DNA of 63,899 bases, the filler included, from Octopus bimaculoides (lineage: Eukaryota), in assembly GCF_001194135.2 (NCBI RefSeq). It is 4 parts of 3 records of this genome, joined end to end, with 100 filler letters (N's around TTAATTAATTAA, not from the genome) between each part and the next. Parts side by side here need not be neighbours in the genome. Positions count along the whole stretch, not along the records: positions 23,618 to 52,760 come from NC_069002.1; 3 more parts are not named here. One strand, 5' to 3'. Under the pieces are notes generated by a model, which worked only from the letters and a program-made list of their open reading frames with translations, searched no databases and was not told the origin of the DNA. The translations under genes were made by a program, and so were the position numbers. Below are positions 38,221 through 50,972 of the stretch, piece by piece (position 1 is the first letter of the stretch; the number at the start of each line of letters is the position of its first letter).

Positions 38221-39699
38221 ATGATCGTCTTTTAAATTTACTATTTATTTAAGGCGATCTGCATTACTTCCCCACCTAAAGTTCTTTAAAGTTCTGATGC
38301 TAAATAATTGACGTTAACTCTACACTAGAAGAAGCTGTCTCCTTGACATAGTTTGAACCTTGATTGCTGGACTAAAACATCCAATCAATGGAATAATCAA
38401 ACATCAAGATAAACAATTTTATGTTGATTGATCAAGTTTGTCTCATGTTTTCCTTGTTAATACCAAAATTAAAATTAGTTGTACATTATTTATCATACCA
38501 ACTTACTGGACACTTTTTCTAAGATAACATTTATATTTTGTATTTTTTCATTTATCATGATATCGCTTTACTTCAGTTTGGTTTTAATTTTATTTCTGTA
38601 ATTAAAATACTCAAAAGTAATGTGATATGTAAACTTGCTATCTTTTCAAATCTGTCTCTGTTTTTCTCTTCTCCTGATATAACTTTTACATAGTTCGCAT
38701 ACAAACATAACTTAATATTCTTCTTATTGGTGTAATCGAAATTATATCGATTTCTATCTTATTTGAAGATGACACCATGGGGTAACATTGGGTCAGACAC
38801 ATGCATATATACATATATATATATATATGTATATATANNNNNNNNNNNNNNNNNNNNNNNNNNNNNNNNNNNNNNNNNNNNNNNNNNNNNNNNNNNNNNN
38901 NNNNNNNNNNNNNNNNNNNNNNNNNNNNNNNNNNNNNNNNNNNNNNNNNNNNNNNNNNNNNNNNNNNNNNNNNNNNNNNNNNNNNNNNNNNNNNNNNNNN
39001 NNNNNNNNNNNNNNNNNNNNNNNNNNNNNNNNNNNNNNNNNNNNNNNNNNNNNNNNNNNNNNNNNNNNNNNNNNNNNNNNNNNNNNNNNNNNNNNNNNNN
39101 NNNNNNNNNNNNNNNNNNNNNNNNNNNNNNNNNNNNNNNNNNNNNNNNNNNNNNNNNNNNNNNNNNNNNNNNNNNNNNNNNNNNNNNNNNNNNNNNNNNN
39201 NNNNNNNNNNNNNNNNNNNNNNNNNNNNNNNNNNNNNNNNNNNNNNNNNNNNNNNNNNNNNNNNNNNNNNNNNNNNNNNNNNNNNNNNNNNNNNNNNNNN
39301 NNNNNNNNNNNNNNNNNNNNNNNNNNNNNNNNNNNNNNNNNNNNNNNNNNNNNNNNNNNNNNNNNNNNNNNNNNNNNNNNNNNNNNNNNNNNNNNNNNNN
39401 NNNNNNNNNNNNNNNNNNNNNNNNNNNNNNNNNNNNNNNNNNNNNNNNNNNNNNNNNNNNNNNNNNNNNNNNNNNNNNNNNTGCATGTGTATAATGTTTT
39501 ACGTATCTACCTCCTTCCCTACATATATTCCTTTTATCCATACAAACCTGTATATTCTGGTGTACACTACCCACACACAATCACACATATAGAACAGATC
39601 AATATCCGCACTACGATAAAATATACACATAAAAATACATGTGCACCCATATATACATACGGGCTGAGATATTAACGAACAGACTAACCTTCAGAAAGA

Positions 39700-39830
39700 T
39701 GCATGAATTTTCAGGTTCAGTCCTAGTGCATAGCATCTTGAGCAACTATTTGTTTTTATAGTCTTAGCGATCAAAGCCTAGTGAATGGATTTGGTAGACA
39801 ATAATTGAAAGACCGACGTATATATATATA
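39700..39830 (+). mobile_element. Diverged SINE family C fragment
   Basis: caggttcagtcct..catcttgagcaa..aaagcctagtgaatggatttggtagac. Confidence 0.65.
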
Positions 39831-40299
39831 TATATATATATAAACACAAAGGCAGAGACACACACAGTTGTGTTTATATATTCGCCATGATAGATCGCTA
39901 AACACTACACACATTTTTTTCTCTCCTTGTTTCTTTCTGTGTTCCTTTCTGTGGAACATCCGTCCACCGTATTAACACATTTTAGCGAGGATACCCTGTC
40001 TAAAAGAGAAAAGCAAAGTGTTATCATGGTTGTTGTCTGTGTGGTTGTATTTAGAAAGCTTTATCTAAAACGTTTCCTTCGTTGGGAGAAAGATCCTCTA
40101 CTTCAGGCTTTCGGTCACATAGAACAGCTTAAACCAAACGCATAAGTATAATCCTTCTATATTGCTAATCACTTCTCTTCACTGATAATACCATGCTGCA
40201 ATCAAAATCTCATGGATTTGCAGCAAAGATATTTATTCTATATTATTATATTTACCAATGCAGTTTGTATATATAAATTTACTTATAGATTAGGGATTA

Positions 40300-40500
40300 A
40301 TTGGGAATAATAGTGCAGAGATACTGAGAAATGTAATGATCCTATACAATCAAGAAATTGAATATCAAAACCCGAATTATAGAGGTCGTGAATAATGATG
40401 AAAATATAAATCTGTTTAATCTTAGATATTGCATGTCCTGGTGACGACAAAGGGTCAGAAAAAGAAGCGAAGTAAGATACGATGATTTGAAGTGGGAGAT
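40300..40500 (+). mobile_element. R4/Dong-clade RLE-domain fragment
   Basis: NNSAEILRNVMILYNQEIEYQNP..CLILDIACPGD, matching KILWD..KPDI..DIACPGD. Confidence 0.65.
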
Positions 40501-40831
40501 AAAATAAGTGGTTTTCAAAAACCACAGCCGACGTTTTAGATTTTGAACAAACTGAATTTGTGTTGAACGTATTATATTCGACCGATCTAATCTGAGGTAT
40601 AATATCCTAAATAGTTCAATTAATTGTTAAAAATAAGTTAGGATGTGTAAAGGTGCACGTGCCAACATTACAAGAGTGAAAAGGTGTGAAGCAACCCCTC
40701 AGAACAACTAATAGATTCACCTTAAACAACTACATGCCCTGCTTCTGCAAACCGAACTCGTGATGTGCCTCGACTGACAAACACATATACACGTACAAAG
40801 ACATACATTCATGCACAAAAATGCATATGAA

Positions 40832-40911
<80 letters not shown>

Positions 40912-41422
40912 CATATCTACTAAGGTATATTTGCATAGATGTATATTTTAATGTAATTAGATAGACAGATGTATAAATTAATACATAATTAAATAAAGGA
41001 AAATTAAAATATATCATAAAGGTTGTACAGGTTTCTTAATTACGAAATAAATCAATTAAGAAGCAGACGTTTATGTTAAATGTGAAGTGAAATAGTTGAA
41101 AGAACTCATGAAATACATTTGATGTTTGTTAAACAATAAATTACTCGAGCCTCATGTATAATATTCATTTTATCTTTGTTAATACAAACAGAAATATCGT
41201 ATTCCTGATTCTTTCATTGAAGTGGTCATTATGATAAATCGATGACGTCATATTATATAACAGCATAACAGCTTTATTATGACGCCATATTAGCTAGACG
41301 AAAAACAAACCGACTAGAAACAGCATCGGGGAAAACAAGCAACAATATAACTATGTGTTTGTGTGCGTGTGTGTGTAAGTACATGATGTACATGCATATA
41401 TATGTGTGTCTATGTATGTATA

Positions 41423-41478
<56 letters not shown>

Positions 41479-42371
41479 ACAAGTATGTCTTATTCATATA
41501 TATCTTACAGAGGACGTTGAACAATTACATGCCTCTAGCTGCCTTGAGATTTTGAGACGAGTTATTAATACACAAAGTTGTGTGCTTTCATATAAAGAAT
41601 AGAGATAATCTCTCTTAAATTCTATGCTACGCATTTACAAATATATAAGCAATTATATATGTATACATACTTACAAAAATATATGCATGTACGTATATAT
41701 TTATTTATAAGTATGTATGTATGCATGTATGTATGAAGGTATGTATGGTGTGTAAATATGAGTATAAGCAGAAATACATGTACGTCTGATCGTGTGTGTT
41801 GGCCGTGTGTACGTGTGTATGCGTATGTGTGTGTAATTTGAGTTTATAGACAAAAGGAAAACCATTTCTGACTCCAAAAGTAGAGACTGTTTATTTATTA
41901 CAGTATTGGGATTAGTCTCCGTTGCTGCTCAGCGTTTTGGAAACGTCCCTAAACACGTGACTGGTTCCTGATATACAAGACATGGTATTCATAACAAAAT
42001 TAATGTCTGGACAGACGCTGAAAAATAGAAACAAACATAACGCAATATATAAAAATAATGTGGGTATAAACAACAATAAAACTAAAAGCGCGCACACACA
42101 CATCTATATATGTAATATATATGTGCACATATACGTGAGTGTATTTCTCTATAGCAGACGGGAAAGTACACATACATACGCACATTGTAAACTTAAATAC
42201 AGTCTATATTTCTGACATGTATGCTAGAGTTGATATATTTCAGTGTATCTAGTTATCTATTTATTTGTCTTTATGTATAAATACATATATATAAATGAAA
42301 AAAAATATAGAAACAAACGATATAACGTATATTGAATGTAAAAACAAACGTGAGACAAACAGAATATACAT

Positions 42372-42691
42372 AATTCTTCATCAGATATCAACCATTGGTA
42401 CTTTTCAGTTTCGCACCTTTAACGATAAGACTGAACGCTTCCCAATTAGCGATGCCCGCGAAAAAAAAAAATTCTTGCGTAGAACTAGGGACAAGAGCAA
42501 ATAAAACGAAACAAAGCAATCATAATGACTGTGTCGTTTTGCTTGTTTTGCTTCGTTTTGTTTGCTCTTGCCCTAATTCTACGCAAGAAAAGCTTTTTTT
42601 ATTGCGGGCATCGCCAATTGGGAAGCATTCAGTCTTATCGTTAAAGGTGCGAAACTGAAAAGTACCATTGGTCGATAACTGATGAAGAATT
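42372..42691. repeat. Long fold-back inverted repeat (~150-bp arms, ~20-bp spacer), ending at a gap
   Basis: The arms are reverse complements at roughly 90% identity, including an identical run of about 40 bp. Confidence 0.95.
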
Positions 42692-42997
42692 NNNNNNNNN
42701 NNNNNNNNNNNNNNNNNNNNNNNNNNNNNNNNNNNNNNNNNNNNNNNNNNNNNNNNNNNNNNNNNNNNNNNNNNNNNNNNNNNNNNNNNNNNNNNNNNNN
42801 NNNNNNNNNNNNNNNNNNNNNNNNNNNNNNNNNNNNNNNNNNNNNNNNNNNNNNNNNNNNNNNNNNNNNNNNNNNNNNNNNNNNNNNNNNNNNNNNNNNN
42901 NNNNNNNNNNNNNNNNNNNNNNNNNNNNNNNNNNNNNNNNNNNNNNNNNNNNNNNNNNNNNNNNNNNNNNNNNNNNNNNNNNNNNNNNNNNNNNNNN

Positions 42998-43036
<39 letters not shown>

Positions 43037-43280
43037 TATAAATATAAAAATGGAACAAAAGCGCAATAGAGGACAATAAAACATCCGGACAGATAGACGA
43101 TAGGAAGGCGAACAGGAAAAACAACAAATAGAGGGCCAGGAAAGGACGGGTCAGACGAGAATGGTAATTTGCTCTACATACCACCCACCAAAAGCTCTAG
43201 ATCATGGGGAATCATTTGGATATGCCCGTTATTGTGTACCTAGGGGAAAAGTAGCAAATATAGGGAATCTAGGACTATAT

Positions 43281-43380
43281 TGGTTTCAAGTTTTGGTGCA
43301 AGGCCAGCAATGTTGGGGAGGAAATAAATCAATTAGATCGACCCCAGGATTCAACTGGTGCTTATTTTATCGACCCTGAA
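43281..43380 (-). mobile_element. SINE family A fragment
   Basis: ggtttcaagttttggtgcaaggccagc..actggtgcttattttatcgaccc. Confidence 0.8.
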
Positions 43381-43622
43381 ATCTAGGACTATATTAACCA
43401 TTGTGTTTTATACGACATATCTTTGATTACATCAGCCAAAGTATTTATCACAATGTATCTTGAACTACACAAACTAATAGATTTTCCACAATGTATTGTG
43501 GACTACATCACTTACTTGGTTCTTATAATGTACCTAGACCGAGGCATTGAATATGTCTGTCATTGTGTATCAAGGATTAAAGTAACTAATGTGACCGTCA
43601 CAGCGCTACATTAACCAATCTA

Positions 43623-43786
43623 TTGGGTTGTCCGGAAAGTTCGTGCCGATTTTTAAAGGAAAGAGAAACGTCAATAAATACTCGCCAACTTGAAAATACC
43701 TTCTTCCCAGAATTGAGGTGGTTTCATGGCAAATAAGTCGAAAGGTAAGCTACTGTAAATCGGCACGAACTTTCCGGACAACCCAA
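43623..43786. mobile_element. 164-bp mariner-type MITE with perfect 30-bp TIRs and TA TSD
   Basis: TA|ttgggttgtccggaaagttcgtgccgattt ... aaatcggcacgaactttccggacaacccaa|TA. Confidence 0.95.
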
Positions 43787-45318
43787 TATTTGCCACACTG
43801 TATCTGGGACTATATTGTCCAATGTGATCACCACATTATATGTCTATCTACATTTTCCAACACAATTTCTTTTTAAAATATTATGATATGAGAGGAGGGA
43901 GCTGTAGTTGTTATTTCTAACAAGTGGGGCAACCACGTCGTGGTTTACTCGTTGGCTGAACTAACATCTAGTTGGTTGCGGTGTCAGCCTCACAGATTTG
44001 ATTTTCATGTTGTGTGTCCCGGGGCGTCAGCATAGTAGAGCTCATACATGTCTCATTTATTTAGAATAACCAGAAATGGTCGGTGATTGAACAACAGGAA
44101 AGATTCCAATCGAAAATTTAAACTTCTCTCGTATCCGTTGGAGCTTAAAATCATTGCACATTAACTGTTTTTCTACTAAGAATATCTAAAATATCAATGT
44201 CTTCATCTTTTTCAGAATAGGTCATACAAAGAGAAAAACTGCTGAGTATATGGCAGAAAAAAAAGATGTTTTCTTTTCCGGTGCCACCATATTAGATTTT
44301 CGGCGTATGAATTGAAGACCTTTACACCTATATAACTGAGTTTATTTTCTGTATATTATTTATTCATTACATTTTTACAAGGAATATATTAAGAGACATT
44401 TTTTTTGTATATCGTGTCTATTAAGGTATATGTCTTTATTATTTATAAGGTTACACGGAAATAATAAGCATCTACTGCTTTCTATAAATATTAGGTAGAA
44501 ATATATTTCAAGAATAGAAGCCGTTATGGGAACGGCAATAAAAAGAAATGGTAAATAATATACATAAAAGAAATATAAAAGAAAGATACAATTATATGGC
44601 GGAAAAAACAACAGCGAGACAAGTAGCTAATTTTATAAGACATTCACAGGAAAACGTTACAAAAAATAAAAATAATAATACAATTTGTTTAATAGCATTC
44701 AGATAAAAAACTATTAGCTTCGTATTTTGAACATTTTCTCGCTGTTTTCCCGCACAACAGATCGATTGGATGCAGCAATATTCTTTAGAATTACGAATGT
44801 TCCCATTTATATAGAATCAGAAGTGATTCTATTTACCTTTAAGAAGCTTTCCATAATGGTTCGGAGATAAGAAAAAAATATTCGTTTAAACATACACACA
44901 TGAAAGCAACAACACAACAACCACATCGTATTCAAGTGCATGATGCCATATTCGCTCGCTTATATTCAGATTTGTTGCTTTGTAGCTTTTGTTTTCTCGA
45001 TGGATGTTCTTTTCTAAGTTCTATTCTAAGTTTGACCAGGATTATCTACTGAAAAGGTTGGAGCTGGAGGGATGGTGGTGGTGGTAGATATTTTTGTATT
45101 AATGTTTTGTAGTAATGCTTCCAGTCCTTGCTAGTCAAAAACATTTTGGTAGCTTTTACAGACAGCAGCAATATATTGTGGTTTTACAGTCACAAGTAAT
45201 AATAATACTAACTGTACAATCACTTCATCTTTCCTTAACACATTCTTGTTAAATAAGAACAACAATAACAACAACAACAACAACAACAACAATAATAATA
45301 ATGATAATAATAATAATA

Positions 45319-45597
45319 GATGTGGCAGTTACGAGAGTCGAGCATAAATGTTATCACTATTGTCATCGGAGAATTGGGTTCAATACCACCCAATCTGAAA
45401 AATACATCTGCAAACCTTAGATATACCCTACAATCTAGATGTATTGCAAAAGTCGGCATTACTTGGAACTATACACATATTGCGTAAAGTACTGTCTGTC
45501 TGAGGTCCTTGATGTGACTTGAGAAACAGTACAAAACCACGGTCGACACAATATCTCCAATCAACAATCTTACGATATTGTATACTGTGCGCCGTCT
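45319..45597 (+). mobile_element. 5'-truncated R4/Dong-clade LINE 3' end between (TAA/CAA)n tracts
   Basis: WQLRESSINVITIVIGELGSIPPNLK, then (frameshift) PYNLDVLQKSALLGTIHILRKVLSV*. Confidence 0.8.
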
Positions 45598-45620
45598 ATA
45601 ATAATAACAATAACAATAAT

Positions 45621-45750
45621 GGTTTCAAATTTTGGCACAAGTCCAGCAGTGGTTTATGTGGTGGGGGCTAAGTCGATTACATCGACTTCAGTGCTCAACG
45701 GGTACTTATTTGATTGACTCCGAAATGACGGAAGGAAAAGCCGACCTAGG
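45621..45750 (-). mobile_element. SINE family A copy
   Basis: ggtttcaaattttggcacaagtccagc..aagtcgattacatcgac. Confidence 0.85.
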
Positions 45751-47244
45751 TAAACCCTACATTCCGTGTGGATGTACACAATTCACCCAAAATTTGAGAA
45801 GTACATGGTTGGATTCTCTGTAGAGGCTTGCTGGCCACTTTTTCTCTGTCTTGCAAGAGTATTTATTTGATTTTCTAAGCTGTCTTCACACCTATCCTCT
45901 GCATTCGAGAATTCCTTTATTTTTCTATAGGATATATACATACATACATACATACATACATACATACATACATACATACATACAAACATACATACAAGNN
46001 NNNNNNNNNNNNNNNNNNNNNNNNNNNNNNNNNNNNNNNNNNNNNNNNNNNNNNNNNNNNNNNNNNNNNNNNNNNNNNNNNNNNNNNNNNNNNNNNNNNN
46101 NNNNNNNNNNNNNNNNNNNNNNNNNNNNNNNNNNNNNNNNNNNNNNNNNNNNNNNNNNNNNNNNNNNNNNNNNNNNNNNNNNNNNNNNNNNNNNNNNNNN
46201 NNNNNNNNNNNNNNNNNNNNNNNNNNNNNNNNNNNNNNNNNNNNNNNNNNNNNNNNNNNNNNNNNNNNNNNNNNNNNNNNNNNNNNNNNNNNNNNNNNNN
46301 NNNNNNNNNNNNNNNNNNNNNNNNNNNNNNNNNNNNNNNNNNNNNNNNNNNNNNNNNNNNNNNNNNNNNNNNNNNNNNNNNNNNNNNNNNNNNNNNTCTG
46401 TCTCTTTCTTTATATGTATATACATATATGTGTATGTGTGTGTGTGTGTATAGGGATATTTCTCCGCCAGTTTTAGTGATGCAAACACAGTTGTTGAATA
46501 AACGGAAATACCTCATCATTGAATTAACAGATTCCACTTACTTGATTACCTATAACATACTTCCCAAGCAGCAGAAACAGTATGACCCTATGTATGACAA
46601 GATTGCATCTTTTAAATTTTAGATAAAATCCACTTGGCGGACTTCCATACAGCTTCCATCAACGATTCTAATTATATGCTAAGAGTCGAATCGAGGCTAT
46701 GAAAGTAAATACCACGTGGCTGCGAAGAGAACATCGTAACTATACGCTATCACAACTCAGAGTTTCCTAATACGCGAATTCTTTCCAACAATGTTAAGCT
46801 AAATATGTGCATTTTACACAATCGATAAAAATAACCTCGGTTAGAACTTATCGCATTGACTGAGTAGATAAGCGTCTATCATCAGGTTCATTGTGTCCGA
46901 GCAGATGCTGTCAGTTTTATCAACTGACTCTTCAGAAGTGTTAGTTGTTAGCAATTTACTGTTGCTAATTTAGGAGAGAGAGAGAGAGCAGTACTCGACG
47001 AAGGTTAACCTTTGACTAAAAACATCAGCGACAACGGCCACAACATCAGTAAGAACAGCAACAACAAGAGTAAAAATTACAGACATAACAACTACAGCAT
47101 AAAACACGCATGCTGCGCCCGTTTCGATGCAAATGGGTGACCAATGTATCAAAATATACAAGTAGAAAGATTTATTGCATTGACACAAAGGCAAGCGTAT
47201 TAATTTTTATATCTCGAGAACATCTCGAGAACCATCACCACAAC

Positions 47245-47355
47245 TTCCTCCTCCTCCTCCTCCTCCTCCTCGTCCTTCTTCTTCTTCTTCTTCTTCTTCT
47301 TCTTCTTCTTCTTCTTCTTCTTCTTCTTCTTCTTCTTCTTCTTCTTCTTCTTCTT
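47245..47355. repeat. (CCT)n(CTT)n microsatellite
   Basis: Directly visible. Confidence 0.97.
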
Positions 47356-47899
47356 GTGTGTTCTGTCTCGCTTAACGAATCTCAATTTAAGTATTGTCTT
47401 CGACTTGGATGGCTGAAAGTTACATTTTATCTCTTGTACATTGATTTTTTTTTTACATTTGCAAACGTTGGTCAAAACCTAAAGTACAAGAACATTAATT
47501 ATAAATAATGATTAAGAAAAATAAAAGAAAACAATTTAAAATTTTAAGTGAAATGAATCATAATCGAAAAAGATTAAAATAATCATGGGAATAGCAAAAA
47601 CGAAAGAAAACTTAAAATCGATAAAATAAAATCGAGAGAGGAGTGGGGGCGGGGAAGAGAATTTTGATATTCTTTGAGATAATGGAGAATTCCAGAGTAT
47701 TTTACTTTCATTGTATTTAGTATTTTAGTCGTAAGTAGTGTATTGGTTCTTTTAGGGTGATGGAATATTTTTGATTGAAATTATAGTCTTGATAGGACAA
47801 TTAAAATTAGATCATATATATAGAGATATTCGTAGTGAGTTGGGCTGATAATTTGTTCAAAAGTGGACACAGAAAGAGTACTGAGGTGCCCTCTAATAA

Positions 47900-47990
47900 C
47901 ATGTGGTTGGGTGGGATCTGCATTCACTCCAGATCCAGGTTCTCTTCATCGATCATCACAAGGCTTTTGGAACTATATTCCGTCTACAGG
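47900..47990 (+). mobile_element. Possible LINE RT remnant
   Basis: LFIDHHKAFGTI resembles FIDxxKAFDSV; nothing else is recognisable. Confidence 0.3.
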
Positions 47991-48031
47991 ACGAATAGGA
48001 GAGGAATCATTCAGGTGGTTCAGAGCACAAG

Positions 48032-48086
48032 ACCCTTATGGTACCCTTATGGTACCCTTATGGTACCCTTATGGTACCCTTATGGT
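48032..48086. repeat. Five perfect copies of the 11-bp unit ACCCTTATGGT
   Basis: Directly visible. Confidence 0.95.
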
Positions 48087-50067
48087 ACTAAATGTCACCT
48101 GGGAGATTTCTTTCCAAGATAAAGGAAAGTAAAAAGAAAACAGCTGACACCGGGAGAGACAGCAGTAAAAACAACAATATCATATTCCAAAGTTGAAGAT
48201 CATGGCTGCTTCCAAAGCATCACAGGTCGATTCACCGAGCCAAAAGGGAAGCAAACAAAATAACTTTACCTTCAGTGTCACCAACACCGACACAACATGA
48301 GCACCAGAAGAGGATTTAAAACTAGGTGGAGGGCCGAGAAACCGACAAATCACCTCAGTTAAACCTACAAATTAACTTTATTTTGATTAACATCAGCTGT
48401 GATCATTACATATATGTCTTTGAATATCTTAATGTACAACTTCCTAACAGCTTCTATTGTGTGGCTATAAATACGTCATAGAATGACGAACCAATTTTTA
48501 TGGAAAAGACTGAATTTCGCAACGTGGAATCTGTTGTGAAGTATGAGATGCACAATCCTATTAATTCACAAACTTCAACCCATCATGAAATCCCGTGCTT
48601 ACATAAAAAAAAAACACCTGATCAATACGTTTCGCCACCAAAGTATTATTGTAAATGATTTCAAAGCTGTATAATAACATCAATACTTATTCAATATAGC
48701 CCCTACAGAAAACTGTAGTATCTTCAAAAAGGGAATCAGTTACAGAAGAATAGAACTGCTTAGATTTCAAAGGTGACTGTTATCTTTATTATCTACGTTA
48801 TTGAACCACGTAACAATTATTATTGCATGATAGTAGAAAATGATTTGCTTAATCATAAAAATGATGAATTCTTAAATTTATTTACTGACTCTACCTCTCT
48901 TATTTTCCTTGGATATATAAATCTACATTTGCAAGAAAATTACATTTGAGACCATTAAAAGAAATGTACAGTTCACAAAACGCAAAATTTCTACTTTGTT
49001 GTCTCTTTTTAAGTTGGTAAATATCCATTGGTTCAGTTGGTTGTTACGACAACCAAGACTACTGTATGTAAAGAATGTGACACATACGGTGTCCTTGTTC
49101 ACGATAACCTGTTTTGGGGGTTGGGGTGTGGATTTCGATCGTTGCTGTTGGTGGTGGCGGTGCTGTTGATGGTGAATATCGGAATAACAATTCATTTATT
49201 CAGATTTACGTTTGACAGATTACTATTCTCCTCTTCAGATTTGCATATTGTTTGATATGCATTCAAAATGCAAAATATACGCACATAAAATCCATTTGAA
49301 AAATGTCCATTATTCTGCTCTGAAACTGAACGATACAAAACTTGATGATATGTATTATAGACTATTTCTCATTTCTTTTTTTTATATATTTCATTATTTT
49401 TTTCCGAAGTAAAGACAAAAAGAAAGAACAAAGAAAAATAAACGAAACGGAAAAGGAAAAAAACAAAAACAAAAATAAAATAAAAATAGCAACGAAAAAC
49501 AAATACAAGATTAAAATAAAAGAATAAAAAGAAAACTAACAGATTTATAAGAATTTATTCTCTTGCTAACACATAGAAGTGCAGTCATACAGACAAACTA
49601 CATATAATGTTCTTATTTACATATGATGGAATGTTATTTTCTTCCCATTTCTTTCCTTTATTATTGGCCAGAATATAGCAACGATTCGACTTTAATTCTT
49701 ATAGCCATTTTTCTCTTACACATTTTCTCCTCACATTTTCTTTCGTTCTTTCTTATTTTCCCCCATTTCTTTTTGTTTTCTCTGCGCTTCTCTTCCACAC
49801 ATACATATTTATGAAAGTTTGGTGCATTAGACCGTATTTCTATTGTTAAACTTGCTTCGGTGATTCCAAGTTCCCATCCACTCTATTAATTATTCCATAT
49901 CCTTTATTAAATACAATGGCAGCCTTGAGGCAGTTATACAGGTATGAGATAATAATTAATGAAGAGTTTCACAGACGTACAACAACTGTATGTGCAAGTC
50001 TTGGAATATAGAATATAAAATATACTCAAGGTTTCCTTCCTTGTTACAACTACACAACGAAGATATA

Positions 50068-50121
<54 letters not shown>

Positions 50122-50240
50122 AATATATGCATGTATGTATGTATATATGTACACATAAGTAAGACGTATAAGTATATGCGTATATATACGTTATGCTTAT
50201 CTTATATAATACATAATATAGTTACGTATACGTATATTTT

Positions 50241-50281
<41 letters not shown>

Positions 50282-50386
50282 CTTGCAAAACAAATATATA
50301 AACGGAATATATATATATATATACAAGTGTATATATGCATATACATATATATACGTACATATATATATACATATACATATACATAA

Positions 50387-50692
50387 GGCGCAGTGGTTAG
50401 AGCGTCGTGCTTATGATCGTGAGGTTGTGAGTTCGAATCCCGGACCGGGCTGCGTGTTGTGTTCTTGAGCAAGACACTTTATTTCACGTTGCTCCAGTTC
50501 ACTCAGCTGTAGAAATGAGTTGCTACGTCACAAGTGCCAAGCTATATCGGCATTTGCCTTTCCCTTGGATAACATCAGTAGTGTGGAGAGAGGAGGCTGG
50601 TATGCATGGGCGACTGCTGGTCTTCCATAAACAACTTTGACCGGACTTGTGCCTGGGAGAGTAACTTTCTAGGTGCAATCCAATGACCGAAG
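50387..50692 (+). mobile_element. SINE family B, near full length (tRNA head, CORE/Meta-like domain, 3' body)
   Basis: cagtggttagagcg A-box, gagttcgaatccc B-box, tgtgttcttgagcaagacactttatttcacgttgctccagttcactcagctgt. Confidence 0.9.
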
Positions 50693-50786
50693 CGGTTTCA
50701 GCAACATATGTATACACACACATATATATCGTTTTGGGATTTGATTTGCAAGATTCTTTATGTGAGTTCGTGTGTTGAAGCATATT

Positions 50787-50972
50787 TTGTTGTGTCTGGG
50801 GAAAGTCATTCTCTTTTAGAGCCTTATTATTTAACACTCTCACCGGTTAAGTTTCCACTCATTTACTAATTTATTTTTTCTAGAAAAAATAAGTAAATGA
50901 GTGGAAACTAAACCGGTGGGTGTGTTAAATAATAAGGTTCTAAAAGAGAATGACTCTCCCCAGACACAACAA
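50787..50972. repeat. Spacerless 186-bp palindrome centred on TCT|AGA
   Basis: Arms of 95 and 91 bp with 5 substitutions and one 4-nt indel. Confidence 0.95.

Noticed and set aside
46450-49255. Several short open frames with splice-like borders (46453, 48481, 49015 and minus-strand alternatives)
   Set aside because: Mutually inconsistent strands and phases, and no recognisable protein.
50387-50452. tRNA gene
   Set aside because: A- and B-boxes are present but there is no acceptor stem, and it continues into a SINE body found in multiple copies.
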